A DNA stretch of 64,000 bases from Dictyostelium discoideum (lineage: Eukaryota). Below are positions 1 through 10,835 of the stretch, piece by piece. Made by a program: the position numbers and the translations under genes. The notes under the pieces are model-generated. The model saw only the letters and a list, made by a program, of their open reading frames with translations. It was not told the origin of the DNA and ran no database searches. Each line of letters starts with the position of its first letter. The first letter of the stretch is position 1. The stretch spans positions 1 through 64,000 of the forward strand of contig CM000152.2 in the NCBI GenBank assembly GCA_000004695.1. The letters run 5' to 3'.

Positions 1-100
1 NNNNNNNNNNNNNNNNNNNNNNNNNNNNNNNNNNNNNNNNNNNNNNNNNNNNNNNNNNNNNNNNNNNNNNNNNNNNNNNNNNNNNNNNNNNNNNNNNNNN
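1..100. other. assembly gap (run of N)
   Basis: 100 consecutive n characters at the window start. Confidence 0.99.
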
Positions 101-112
101 TCATAAATTTCG

Positions 113-145
<33 letters not shown>

Positions 146-394
146 ACTTTTTCAATTTTTCATTTTCAATTTTTTTTGCCGAAAAGGGAAAACATGCATG
201 TTTAATTTTAATTTTATTTTTTTTAATTTAATTTTATTTAATTCTTTTTTTTTTATATTTTTTTTTTTTTTTTCATTTTTTTATTTCACTTTTTTATTTT
301 TATTTTTTCATTTTTCATTTTTTTTTTTTCGCTTTTTTATTTCACTTTTTTATTTTTATTTTTTTAATTTATTTATTTTAAAAACATTTTTGAA

Positions 395-2536
395 ATGGAT
401 TTAAAAAAAGTGGATTGCATTATTTGTAAACAACCAATTAAATGTTTCAAAGATATAGTTATACATTTTATTAAACATAATGATCGTTGCCCAATTTGTT
501 TAAGCAAATATACATCATTTTCAAAAATGTATGCTTTAACAGGTCATTATTATTCACAAGGTTGTAATAATAAAAAAAATAATATAAAGGGTGAACAAAA
601 ATTGCAAGATGAATTTTATCAAAGGTTATCAAAGATTACAGGCGATAATATTATATACCCAACCAACTTATCCGATGACCCTTTCAATCATATGAGCCAA
701 CAAAATTTAAATGAAAATTTTATAATTGATGAGAATAATAATAATTTAGAAAATGAAAATGAAAATGAAAATAATTCATTTGAGGATATAGGAAATATAT
801 TAAACCAAAATGGACAAGAAAATGATGATATTGAAATTTTAAAAGAAAAAGAAAATGGAAATTTAGGAAAAGAATTAAATAATTATGAAATTGGATTTTT
901 AAAGTTGGGTTTAGAAAATGCTAAATCGTTAAAATTTATGCAACAAATTTTGGATTTTTTTAAAAACAATATAAATGCAATTAATGAAATTAGATATACA
1001 ACAAAGTATATGGATTCTATATTTTTAGCAAATTTACCTATCGATGGTCACTTTTTGAGTTACAAATATTATGAAGAGTCAATTTTTTATTATGAAATTT
1101 GTTCAGTTGTAAAATTATTAATTGAAAAAAAAAATTTTTTAGAATATTTAGATTTCTCAAAAGACTATGAGCAAGGTATTTATAAAAATTATAAATCTGG
1201 AGAACAATTCAAAAAAATAAAAAATTCAATTTCAGATAAATTTATTTTATTAAGAATATTTAGTGACGGAATGAGTCATCAAGGTAGATCAGATTATACT
1301 ATAATGGTGGATTTTGAAAATTATAATGGTCCATTTTTTAAAAATAACAAAATTGTTTTATTTATTGTTCCAAAAGAATGGTTTCACAATATACATCAAA
1401 CAATTAAAAAATTATTTTCAGCGCAATTTAATAATAAATTAATAATTAAAGATAATAATGGAAATGATTATGAAATTATACCATATGGATTAACAATGGA
1501 TATACCAGAATTTAGATCATCTTGTAGGATTAACCATTATAATTGCAATGAGTTCTCATGTCATACATGTGATAAAGCAAGAGGTGTCGATTATTTATTA
1601 AAAGAAGGAAATTATAGAAATCAAAAAGACATTATTGACTTTCACAATTCAAAACCAAATAAACAAGATTTTTTAAATCCTCAAAATAAAATTTTAAAAT
1701 TAGAAACAGAACAAAAAATGAAAAAAATCGGCATTACAGATTATGACAGATCTTGGGTAGAAAATTTAAAAATAAATTATTTGTACTTACAACCTGATAT
1801 TTTACACAACATATTATTGGGTATTGTACAATGGGTTTTAAATTATATTTTCAAAAAATATAAGGATCAAATTACAATTTTTATAAAAAAATTAAAAGAA
1901 GCTAAAATCATTCCAGATCATTTACCACCATCAGAATCTTTATTTGGTGTAAAAACAAGAAAAGGTAGAGAGAATAGAAGCATATTATATTATATTTTAT
2001 TTTTTACTAAATCAAATGTATCAAATGATGATTTCTTATTATTAGAAGAAATGGTTCAGATTACTTTTTTATTATATCAAGATTCTTTCGACGAAGATGA
2101 TTTGGATAAAATAAATTATTTAGTTAAAAATTTTAATAAAAAAATATTTATGATAATACCAAATGAACCAATCAACTTTCACCTTTTATTACATTATCCT
2201 TTATATATAAAAAATTGGGGTGCACCAAAATTTACATCAGCAGAGAGATTTGAAGCACAATTTAGTAAAATTAAAGACCTTTTGACAAACAATACAAACA
2301 ACCAAGATCAACATAAATTTGAAAGAGTAACAAAAATATTAATGGCAACATTTTTAGATAATTTTAACAATCTAAAAGAAAAAGATTATGACAATAATGA
2401 TTTAATTTTAGGGCAAATAATTAAAAAAAATGAAAATATTTATTTAAAAAATAATATTTTATCAGACATTAACTTGCATTACAAAAACATTGAAAATATT
2501 CAATTTAAGAAAAAGCTTTTCAAGTATAGTATTTGA
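395..2536 (+). CDS. hypothetical 713-aa zinc-finger protein, possibly a transposase (Transposase_21/CACTA/KDZ-like)
   Basis: Intact ATG-initiated ORF with Dictyostelium-like composition. N-terminal C-x2-C...H-x4-H finger (CIICKQPIKCFKDIVIHFIKH). Internal Cys cluster (SCRINHYNCNEFSCHTCDKARG). A D-x-(M/L)H-x3-LG-like motif (QPDILHNILLGIVQWV) recalls the MHL motif of En/Spm-type transposases. It lies right next to a retrotransposon cluster. Family assignment is by eye only. Confidence 0.5.
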   Translation: MDLKKVDCIICKQPIKCFKDIVIHFIKHNDRCPICLSKYTSFSKMYALTGHYYSQGCNNKKNNIKGEQKLQDEFYQRLSKITGDNIIYPTNLSDDPFNHMSQQNLNENFIIDENNNNLENENENENNSFEDIGNILNQNGQENDDIEILKEKENGNLGKELNNYEIGFLKLGLENAKSLKFMQQILDFFKNNINAINEIRYTTKYMDSIFLANLPIDGHFLSYKYYEESIFYYEICSVVKLLIEKKNFLEYLDFSKDYEQGIYKNYKSGEQFKKIKNSISDKFILLRIFSDGMSHQGRSDYTIMVDFENYNGPFFKNNKIVLFIVPKEWFHNIHQTIKKLFSAQFNNKLIIKDNNGNDYEIIPYGLTMDIPEFRSSCRINHYNCNEFSCHTCDKARGVDYLLKEGNYRNQKDIIDFHNSKPNKQDFLNPQNKILKLETEQKMKKIGITDYDRSWVENLKINYLYLQPDILHNILLGIVQWVLNYIFKKYKDQITIFIKKLKEAKIIPDHLPPSESLFGVKTRKGRENRSILYYILFFTKSNVSNDDFLLLEEMVQITFLLYQDSFDEDDLDKINYLVKNFNKKIFMIIPNEPINFHLLLHYPLYIKNWGAPKFTSAERFEAQFSKIKDLLTNNTNNQDQHKFERVTKILMATFLDNFNNLKEKDYDNNDLILGQIIKKNENIYLKNNILSDINLHYKNIENIQFKKKLFKYSI

Positions 2537-3092
2537 TAACATAGTAAACACATTAATACCAATACAAATCGATTCGTCTAACTATCTTATAATTTATAAG
2601 TGCCATGACCAATTTTCAATAAGTAAAAAAAAAAAATGAAAAAAATTCGTTGAACTTATTTACATAACTTTTACATTTTTACGTAACTTTTTAATTTTTT
2701 TTTTTTTTTCTTTTTTTCCAATTTTCTTTTTTTTCGGTTGGAAATTATAGGATTTTAAAAAAAATTAAAAAAATATTATAAAAAAAATGACTCACAATAA
2801 TTCCGCATCATTTGAAACACCAAATAGAAGTGGTAATTATGTAAATAGATCATCTTTAACTTCACCAACATCACCAATAACACCAATACCATCTCTTATT
2901 TTAAATCAAACTGATACCTCCATAGGTCCACAACGTACTGTTAGAAGACAACAAAGACCTCAAAGACCAAATGCAAGTCATCACAGCAAAGAAAAATGCA
3001 CCTTTAAAGCAAATTTAAAGAAAAGTTGATTTAAATTGGATTTAAATTGAATTTAAAGCCGCGTTTAAAAAATTCATTTTTAAGGTAATTTT

Positions 3093-3490
3093 TGTTAGAG
3101 ACTCAAATCTAAATTAATTTAAAGTTAGTATGAGCTCAACAACGTAACAAATTCGCGCGTCTCCATGTAAAAATATTTCATTTAATTTTAATTTTTATTT
3201 TTTAATTTTTTATTTTTTCAGTTGAAAAATAAAAAATTAAATTAAATAAAATAAAATTAAATTAAAATTTAAAAAAAATAATAAAATAATAAAAATTCTG
3301 ATTTTCGGTTTAGTTTTCATAACGCCCTTACTTTTAATTATCTCTTTTATGTATGTTTACTTTTATGATATTAGTCTTTCACTCTTTCTATCCTTCATAT
3401 TAAAATACATTACTTTAAAGATTGGACTGTTTGATTTAAGATTGAACAAATGTGACAATGGATTGAAGATTAGTGTGAGTGACTTTTACA
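3093..3490 (+). repeat. 5' LTR of the Skipper-like element
   Basis: Starts TG, ends CA. Near-identical copies at 9645-10044 and (truncated) 10045-10429. Confidence 0.85.
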
Positions 3491-3793
3491 CTTTTTTTTT
3501 CTAATTTTAACATAAAACAAATACATTAAAACAAATAATTAGATACAATCCTTATATTTCGTATACAATGACACCTCATGATGAAGAAGTCGACTCTTCA
3601 GATTAGAGGAATAACAGTAGTATTTAAAACAAAATAAAAATGCATTACAATGGCCCTTCTGTTTGCAAAATTAACGCTGTACTGCTTAGGCGGTACAACG
3701 ACACTTCCTACTCACATTGTAAACATGCATCTTTTATAAAGTAATATAAAACAAGATTGTATCAATTAATTTAATAATAATGCTCAAAAACAA

Positions 3794-4023
3794 AGACACC
3801 ACAATATAAATTATTAGTGGAATAACAGTTAAACAAAGACACCACAATATAAATTATTAGTGGAATAACAGTTAAATAAAGACACCACAATATAAATTAT
3901 TAGTGGAATAACAGTTATATTGATGCATTGTTATAATTAAAATAATTTAAGATAATATTTATTATCAATTAAATAATATAAAGACACCACAATAAAAATA
4001 TATTAGTGGAATAACAGTTAACA
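3794..4023 (+). repeat. tandem about 43-bp repeats (4 full copies plus a diverged 5th) in the retrotransposon leader between 5' LTR and gag
   Basis: The unit aaagacaccacaatataaattattagtggaataacagttaa repeats at about 3794, 3837, 3880 and 3980, with a related ggaataacag at 3601. Confidence 0.8.
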
Positions 4024-4153
4024 TATATTAATACTTATATTTAATTATTTAATTAAAAATTAAATTAAATTAAATTATATAATTAAATTATATAATTTAA
4101 ATTATAAAATTAAATTATAAAATTAAATTATATTTAATAAATTTTATATATAA

Positions 4154-5317
4154 TTGTTGGTGAAAGTCATGTCATCAACTACTACTCCTTCAAAGAAAGC
4201 CATCCGTAAAGCCAAAGTGTCTTCCACCGCCAAACGTGCCGCTGAAGTGACAACCGCCTCCGATGATGCTATTACTGTTCAAGTAAAATCAAAAAAGACT
4301 CTTCGTCCCACTGAAGTCGATGATGAAATTTATTCAACTGAAAGCACTGATGTATCCGACGTCGAAGTCAGAGAGAAAGTGCCAAAGAAATCAAAGACCA
4401 ATTCCATTGAAGCTAAAACCATTGACGCTTTAAAAAATGCTGCCACTGCTGTCATCTTCATGAATCTCTTTACCATCCACTGCTCCCAGAATGGTGTTGA
4501 ACCAACCTTGAAGACCATTATGGACAATGGTGCTGCATCAAATGAATTATTTCAATTGCTTCAACCTACACACAATGAATCAGTTAAGAACAACGATAAA
4601 ATTGAAGGTGAAACATTGAAGAAGCTAATACACCGTAACTTTAGATCCAAGAATTTGGTTCCATTCAAAACTGACTACGAAGCTGCCAACACTAAAGTAG
4701 TCGAAGCTATTAACCATCGTAACTGCTACTCAGCCCAAGATGTTATAAAAAACATCGAAGCCATTATGAGTTACCACAATATAATTAATCCGGTGTATCT
4801 AATCCATGGTACTGCTGAAGTTCAATTAGAGTATCTAAGATCAATTTTAGATAATAATATCCTTGCTTTGTTAAAGATGGTCGTACCAGACTGGTTACAA
4901 ACTGATGTTGCAATCAAACTCAACACTCAAACCGATATCACCGAGTGTCGTGAAGCCATCACCGAGTTGGTTCTTAACAATGCTGATAAGTTCTCGAGAA
5001 GAAGACCTTCCGATTCCGCATCGAATAATGATGAGAAGTTTCCATTAAAAAAGAATCATGCTACTCCAAATCATAACTCTCATAACAGGAATTCCTTTGA
5101 TGCACAAGCTGATAAGATTAGAGCTGCAATATTACCTGAAATAAGAAAAGACTCTAAGGTAGACCTCAAAAAGATAAGAAGCAGTTTCATCGTTTACCGT
5201 CAGAGCAAAGGCTACTGTCTCAATTGTGGTAAATCAAATCACTCCACATCTACATGTAGAATTGATCCGGTCGAAGCCAAAGCCAATCCAGGTCCATCAG
5301 CCAAAAAGCAACAATGA
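4154..5317 (+). CDS. gag: Gag (capsid/nucleocapsid) of the Skipper-like element
   Basis: 387-aa ORF with a C-terminal CCHC zinc knuckle (CLNCGKSNHSTSTC). A more likely initiator is the ATG at about 4169 (MSSTTTPSKK). It ends at a UGA that is in frame with the downstream pol ORF. Confidence 0.85.
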   Translation: MLVKVMSSTTTPSKKAIRKAKVSSTAKRAAEVTTASDDAITVQVKSKKTLRPTEVDDEIYSTESTDVSDVEVREKVPKKSKTNSIEAKTIDALKNAATAVIFMNLFTIHCSQNGVEPTLKTIMDNGAASNELFQLLQPTHNESVKNNDKIEGETLKKLIHRNFRSKNLVPFKTDYEAANTKVVEAINHRNCYSAQDVIKNIEAIMSYHNIINPVYLIHGTAEVQLEYLRSILDNNILALLKMVVPDWLQTDVAIKLNTQTDITECREAITELVLNNADKFSRRRPSDSASNNDEKFPLKKNHATPNHNSHNRNSFDAQADKIRAAILPEIRKDSKVDLKKIRSSFIVYRQSKGYCLNCGKSNHSTSTCRIDPVEAKANPGPSAKKQQ

Positions 5318-5407
5318 CTCGATGAAGGTGATGAGTCCAAGTCAAAGATTTTAAATAAAAATTATAAAATTTCACAATATCATCACCTTGAGGATAATGA
5401 TTACCCA

Positions 5408-7981
5408 GTGAACAAAGATTCACTTTATACTCTTAACTCTTTTTATAATCAAAACATTGTTAAACAGTTACATCAACAAAGCCAGCAACATGATGTTCAT
5501 AAAAACATCAACAAACTTAAAGAATACGTCAAAGTCTCATATGGTATAAAACTAGTTCCTGATACAACCGTTCCAATTCCAAAAGCTGTTGAATCAGAGA
5601 TGAAGTATAAACCACAGAAGATTGAATTTAATACTCCAACAGAGTTAACAAATGTTCAAGATAAAAACTATACTGTAAACATATTCAATCGTCCAAAGAT
5701 ATTAAATTCTAGTAAAAAATTAATTAACGATGAAGAAGATGAATTGCTTTACACAATTAAATTCGATAAAGAAACAAACAAACCAATCATCTCATTATTA
5801 CATAGTACTGGTACAAGTGATACTGCTCTCATTCCGACTCTCAAATGTTTAATTGTTCCAAACAGAGAAAACATGGATAAACCCAAGATTATAATTAACT
5901 CTCATTCCAAAGAAAAACAATTCAAATTAATTCTCGATACTGGAAGTAATGTTAGTTTAATCAATAAGAGGTTGATTTCAAAAGATATGAAGAACCACGT
6001 TCACAAAACGAAAGCCAAGATTAACTTCCCGCTACTAGACGTCAAAGAAGAGTTTGTTGAACAAATCAATATACAAGTTAACAATGAAATTCATAACTTC
6101 TTTATTATAGAATTGGATATCATTGATGTACTTTTCGGTAATGATATCCTTAAGGACTCTATCATTAACCAAAAAGATAAAATAATCAAGTTGAATAACA
6201 GTACATACAAAATTAATTATCAACAGTCGAATCAATTACATTGTAATGTAAAAGCTCCAAGAAAACATGTTACCGTATCCAATGATAATCAGTCACAGCA
6301 ACATAATCTACTGGATGATGATGAAGATATCAAAGAACAAGTTACAAAGTTTGTTGAAAGCATCCCATCACAACTTTGTGATATACTGGTTAAAACTAAT
6401 CCAGAAGAAGAAGAGATACAAGCAGTACGTGATTTCATTAATGATTCATTCGAAGATGTTATAGTAGATAAACTTCCTGATATTCCAGATCAGATTAACA
6501 ATTCCAGAAGAGGTAATATTATACATAGTATCATTATAAAGAAAGATCAAGATGTTGAACCAACAAAGAAACAAATCTATTACTCAACAGATGATCATAA
6601 GAGACATGTCGAAGAAATGGTTCTCAAATTTATAGATTTAGGTATTATCAAAAGATCAGAATCAAATTACTCATCTCCAATCATGTTATTAAAGAAGAGA
6701 GATTCATGGCGCGTAGTCCACGACTATCGTCAACTAAATAAAGTCACTGTTAGAGACGATCATCCATTCACTCCGGTTGATAGTCTTTTAAATCAATGTA
6801 AAGATTCAAAGCTTTTCTCAAAGTTTGACATGATTATGGGTTATTTTCAAGTGTTAATTAATCAAGAACACGCAAAGTACACCGCTTTCATTACACATAT
6901 TGGTAAATTTGAATATACTAGAATGCCACAAGGTTTAGTCAACTCTCCATCCACATTCGCCAGATTGATGGTCGAAATATTTGGAAAAATCAAAAGTTTA
7001 TTACAATACTTTGATGATCTTTTGGTTCATTCAAAACTCGACTACATGGTACATTTCATTGAAATCATTAGAATGCTTCTATATTGTAGAAAGTACCTAT
7101 TATTCATTTCAAGAGAAAAGAGTGAAATGTTAAAGACTGAAGTTGATTTCCTTGGTTTTCACATTCATAAAGATGGTATATCTCCAAGAGCTGCAAAGGT
7201 TAGAGCTATCTCTGAGTTACCTGAACCAAGAAACGCCAAAGAAGCTGAAGCTGCATTAGGTCTTTTTGGATTCTTCAGGAGACACATTGAAAATTACGCT
7301 GAAAAAACCTATCACCTTTCCAAAGAATCAAAAGGGAAAAACAAGAAAACTCTTTCTGATGAATCACTCAAAGAATTCAATAATCTAAAGAAAGAGTTTG
7401 AAGGTGAAAATATTGTCGCTATTCCAATTGAACAAGATAACTCCATACCAATAGATATCGAAAAGGTTAAAGCATCAACAGACATGCCAATCCATTCAGA
7501 TAATAATAATCTAAACAATGGTAGTTTTCACTTGTATTGTGATGTTAGTGATAAAGCATTATCAGGTGTATTATATCAAATTCAAGGTGATAAATTCAAA
7601 GTCATTTGGTTTCACAGTAGAAAACTTACTGATACTCAAAAGAGGTACAGCATAGGTGATAGAGAGTTCCTTTCAATCATTGATTCTCTAAAGAAGTTTC
7701 AACATTTATTAATTGGTAAAAAGGTTTCAATCTACACTGATCACCAAAATCTTACATATATTATCAATAAGTCAAACGATAAACCGTTCACAAAGAGACA
7801 AGATAATTATATGAAATATATTAAAGAATTTGATTATGAATTAAGACATATAAGTGGTAAAAAGAATGGTATAGCTGATTTCTTGTCTCGTAAATATGAT
7901 AATTTCCAATGGGATGAATCGTTTTTAAATAAAATTAAGGAAGAACAAATCAATTCTCAATGGCTATTAGAGATGAAATAG
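5408..7981 (+). CDS. pol: Pro-Pol polyprotein: aspartic protease, reverse transcriptase, RNase H
   Basis: Same frame as gag and open from 5318 directly after the gag UGA (the track start at 5408 is a GTG). Protease LILDTGSNVSLI, RT motif YFDDLLVHS, RNase H block (LYCDVSDKALSGVL...IYTDHQNL). Ends at a single UAG at 7979-7981. Confidence 0.88.
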   Translation: MNKDSLYTLNSFYNQNIVKQLHQQSQQHDVHKNINKLKEYVKVSYGIKLVPDTTVPIPKAVESEMKYKPQKIEFNTPTELTNVQDKNYTVNIFNRPKILNSSKKLINDEEDELLYTIKFDKETNKPIISLLHSTGTSDTALIPTLKCLIVPNRENMDKPKIIINSHSKEKQFKLILDTGSNVSLINKRLISKDMKNHVHKTKAKINFPLLDVKEEFVEQINIQVNNEIHNFFIIELDIIDVLFGNDILKDSIINQKDKIIKLNNSTYKINYQQSNQLHCNVKAPRKHVTVSNDNQSQQHNLLDDDEDIKEQVTKFVESIPSQLCDILVKTNPEEEEIQAVRDFINDSFEDVIVDKLPDIPDQINNSRRGNIIHSIIIKKDQDVEPTKKQIYYSTDDHKRHVEEMVLKFIDLGIIKRSESNYSSPIMLLKKRDSWRVVHDYRQLNKVTVRDDHPFTPVDSLLNQCKDSKLFSKFDMIMGYFQVLINQEHAKYTAFITHIGKFEYTRMPQGLVNSPSTFARLMVEIFGKIKSLLQYFDDLLVHSKLDYMVHFIEIIRMLLYCRKYLLFISREKSEMLKTEVDFLGFHIHKDGISPRAAKVRAISELPEPRNAKEAEAALGLFGFFRRHIENYAEKTYHLSKESKGKNKKTLSDESLKEFNNLKKEFEGENIVAIPIEQDNSIPIDIEKVKASTDMPIHSDNNNLNNGSFHLYCDVSDKALSGVLYQIQGDKFKVIWFHSRKLTDTQKRYSIGDREFLSIIDSLKKFQHLLIGKKVSIYTDHQNLTYIINKSNDKPFTKRQDNYMKYIKEFDYELRHISGKKNGIADFLSRKYDNFQWDESFLNKIKEEQINSQWLLEMK

Positions 7982-8173
7982 AATCCAAATTTATGCATTG
8001 AAGAAATTAATGATATCTGTTACCTTAGTGAAGATGGGTTCAAGAAATTAATCATCATAGATAAAGAAACTATTCATACCGTCATTAGAGAATATCACGA
8101 TACCAAATATAGTGGTCATCACGCTTTAGATATCACATACAATAATATAAGACAAGATTACTATTTCAAAGAA

Positions 8174-9601
8174 ATGTTTTCTATTATCAAGAGGTACATA
8201 AAGTCTTGTGCAACATGTCAATTGAACATTAACCGTAAAGATAATGGTATACTCCAAAGTTTAGAAATTCCCTTTGAAGTTTGGAGAGATATATCAATCG
8301 ATTTCTTATCGCTACCAAAAACAATGTATGCAATAAACGGATTTACAGTTGAAGTCGATCAAGTTTGTGTCATTGTTTGTAGATTATCTAAAATGGTTCA
8401 TATAGTTCCATGTCATAAGACAATAGATGCCCAACATACTGCTCAATTATTGTTGAATCATGTGTTCAGACTCCATGGTTATCCAAGAACAATCGTCTCC
8501 GATAGAGATCCAAGATTCCTTTCAGAAATATGGGAGAGATGGGCAAAGACGATGGATTCTAAACTCAAGATGACTGTGGCACACAGAGCACAAGCTGATG
8601 GTCAAACTGAAAGAATGAATAGAGAAATTATTAGAATATTAACTAAAGCCTCAACAGAGTATGGGGAGAATTGGTCAGATATCATTCCACTTATTGAATT
8701 TGCAATGAACTCATCAATGAGCAAGTCTACAAAGATGTCACCATTACAAATCGTTTATGGATTCAATCCACCAACTCCCGTTAATCATTTCAATTCATTA
8801 ACAAAGACTCGTATACCAATGAGCAACATCAAAAAGATTGTCCGTGATAATATACTAGATGCCCAAATCAATGCTCAAAAGTACTACAACCGAGGTCGTG
8901 GTGATGTTATCTTCGTAGTCGGAGAAAAGGTGATGGTTAAAAGAAAATTCTTCCAAACTAACCTTTCAAAAGATCTAATCTCTCACAAACTTGAATCCAA
9001 GAATTGTGGACCATTCATAATCACTGCCGTTCATGGTAATAATGTAACACTCGATTTAGTAGGTTATCCAAAGAAACACAATGTGTTCAACAAGGATCAA
9101 ATCGTAAAACTATACGAGGACAGTGAGTGGTTAAGAGAAGAGATATCGATGCCCGAACCTGAGGAGATGGACGAAGCAAGTTACGAAGTTGAAAGTATTC
9201 TCAATCACGATAAAGTCAAAAAGATGTACCTAGTGAAGTTCAAAGGTTACCCAGAACCTGAATGGATCAAAGAAGTCGATACAGACTGTGAAGAGTTAGT
9301 CAGAGAGTATTGGAATAACGTGCAGAAGAAACAATTGAACTCAAGAAGAGAAAGAGAGAATGTAACTACAGAAGCCGTTGAGCCAATTGTGTCACCTCCA
9401 CTCTCCCAAGAAGTTCAAAGGTCCCAAACATTGCAACCAACTACTTCAAGACAACAAAACTCCAACTCAAATCAAATAAACCAATCAAAGAAAAGAAAAT
9501 CAAGAAATCAAAATACTTCAAGTGATGATGATGAACTTGATCTTAGTTTACAAATTAAAACAACAAGATCAGGAAGAAAAGTTACACCGAAGAGATTATA
9601 G
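8174..9601 (+). CDS. int: Integrase with C-terminal chromodomain
   Basis: Same frame as pol. The frame is open from 7982 and the upstream part encodes the HHCC zinc finger (HTVIREYHDTKYSGHHALD...CATCQ). DDE core (VSDRDPRF...), then a chromodomain (YEVESILNHDKVKKMYLVKFKGYPEPEWIKEV). Confidence 0.88.
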   Translation: MFSIIKRYIKSCATCQLNINRKDNGILQSLEIPFEVWRDISIDFLSLPKTMYAINGFTVEVDQVCVIVCRLSKMVHIVPCHKTIDAQHTAQLLLNHVFRLHGYPRTIVSDRDPRFLSEIWERWAKTMDSKLKMTVAHRAQADGQTERMNREIIRILTKASTEYGENWSDIIPLIEFAMNSSMSKSTKMSPLQIVYGFNPPTPVNHFNSLTKTRIPMSNIKKIVRDNILDAQINAQKYYNRGRGDVIFVVGEKVMVKRKFFQTNLSKDLISHKLESKNCGPFIITAVHGNNVTLDLVGYPKKHNVFNKDQIVKLYEDSEWLREEISMPEPEEMDEASYEVESILNHDKVKKMYLVKFKGYPEPEWIKEVDTDCEELVREYWNNVQKKQLNSRRERENVTTEAVEPIVSPPLSQEVQRSQTLQPTTSRQQNSNSNQINQSKKRKSRNQNTSSDDDELDLSLQIKTTRSGRKVTPKRL

Positions 9602-9626
9602 TCCACCTCTAAACCAAAGCTAGCCT

Positions 9627-9644
9627 AAAGAAGGAAGGGGAAGG
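9627..9644 (+). promoter_or_regulatory. polypurine tract (plus-strand primer site) abutting the 3' LTR
   Basis: aaagaaggaaggggaagg lies immediately upstream of the TGTTAGAG LTR start. Confidence 0.7.
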
Positions 9645-10044
9645 TGTTAGAGACTCAAAACTAAATTAATTTAAAGTTAGTATGAGCTCAACAACGTAAC
9701 AAATTCGCGCATCTCCATGTAAAAATATTTCATTTAATTTTAATTTTTATTTTTTAATTTTTTATTTTTTCAGTTGAAAAATAAAAAATTAAATTAAATA
9801 AAATAAAATTAAATTAAAATTTAAAAAAAAATAATAAAATAATAAAAATTCTGATTTTCGGTTTAGTTTCCATAACGCCCTTACTTTTAATTATCTCTTT
9901 TATGTATGTTTACTTTTATGATATTAGTCTTTCACTCTTTCTATCCTTCATATTAAAATACATTACTTTAAAGATTGGACTGTTTGATTTAAGATTGAAC
10001 AAATGTGACAATGGATTGAAGATTAGTGTGAGTGACTTTTACAT
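9645..10044 (+). repeat. 3' LTR of the Skipper-like element
   Basis: About 99% identical to 3093-3490. Confidence 0.85.
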
Positions 10045-10429
10045 AGAGACTCAAAACTAAATTAATTTAAAGTTAGTATGAGCTCAACAACGTAACAAAT
10101 TCGCGCATCTCCATGTAAAAATATTTCATTTAATTTTAATTTTTATTTTTTAATTTTTTATTTCAGTTGAAAAATAAAAAATTAAATTAAATTAAATTAA
10201 ATTAAATTAAAATTAAAAAAAATAATAAAAATTTAGATTTTCGGTTTAGTTTCGTAACGCCCTTACTTTTAATTATCTGTTTTATGTATGTTTACTTTTA
10301 TGATATTAGTCTTTCACTCTTTCTATCCTTCATTATTAAAAAAACATTAGATTAAAGATTGGACTAGTTCGATTAAAGATTGAACAAATGTGACAATGGA
10401 TTGAAGATTAGTGTGAGTGACTTTTACAC
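10045..10429 (+). repeat. additional tandem LTR copy (lacks the first 3 nt, slightly diverged)
   Basis: It directly follows the 3' LTR with TAGAGACTC...GACTTTTACAC. There are small indels in the internal A/T-rich part. Confidence 0.8.
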
Positions 10430-10559
10430 TATAAATACAACCAAATTTAATTCTACGATAGGTCTTAACAAATATTGTTAAATATTATTTATAATTTTTG
10501 TTTTAAATAATGTGTTTTATTGAAAAAAAAAAAAAAAAAAAAAAAAAAACATATGAAAA

Positions 10560-10835
10560 GTGAAAAATTTTTCAAAAAAAATAAACTTTTTTCGAAATAA
10601 ATGAATTTATTCCGGGATAACTCGATCTTTTTTAAAATATGCTGAGTCAATTATAATTAATTCAATTATCCACTGATAGGTCCATTGTGAATAAAATTAA
10701 AAAAAATAATAATAATATGGCCAATGAAAAATTTTTCGAGAAAGATTGATCTTTTCCGGGATAACTCGATCTTTTTCAAAATAACTTTTTTTATTCAGAA
10801 TTAATTCGATTATTCACAGAAAGGTCCAATTTAAT
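10560..10835 (+). repeat. tandem duplication of an about 135-bp unit (CCGGGATAACTCGATC...AGGTCCA)
   Basis: Two adjacent copies at about 10604-10690 and 10757-10830 share CCGGGATAACTCGATCTTTTT and TTAATTC(A/G)ATTAT(C/T)CAC(T/A)GA(T/A)AGGTCCA(T/A)T. Confidence 0.6.

Larger units (their letters stand above)
3093..10044 (+). mobile_element. Skipper-like Ty3/gypsy LTR retrotransposon (chromovirus), about 6.95 kb, near full length
   Basis: A 398-bp direct repeat (TGTTAGAG...TTTTACA) at 3093-3490 and 9645-10044 is about 99% identical between copies. The internal region encodes gag (CCHC), protease (D-T-G), RT (Y-F-D-D), RNase H, integrase (HHCC finger, DDE) and a C-terminal chromodomain. A polypurine tract lies immediately 5' of the 3' LTR. 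Confidence 0.88.

Noticed and set aside
198-404. 68-aa Phe-rich ORF just after the assembly gap
   Set aside because: It is a translation of an almost pure T/A homopolymer-rich promoter region, not a gene.
2787-3029. 80-aa ORF with atypical (less AT-rich) composition immediately 5' of the Skipper LTR
   Set aside because: It is short, with no motif and no homolog recognised by eye. It could be a fragment of a gene interrupted by the retrotransposon, but the evidence is insufficient to call it.
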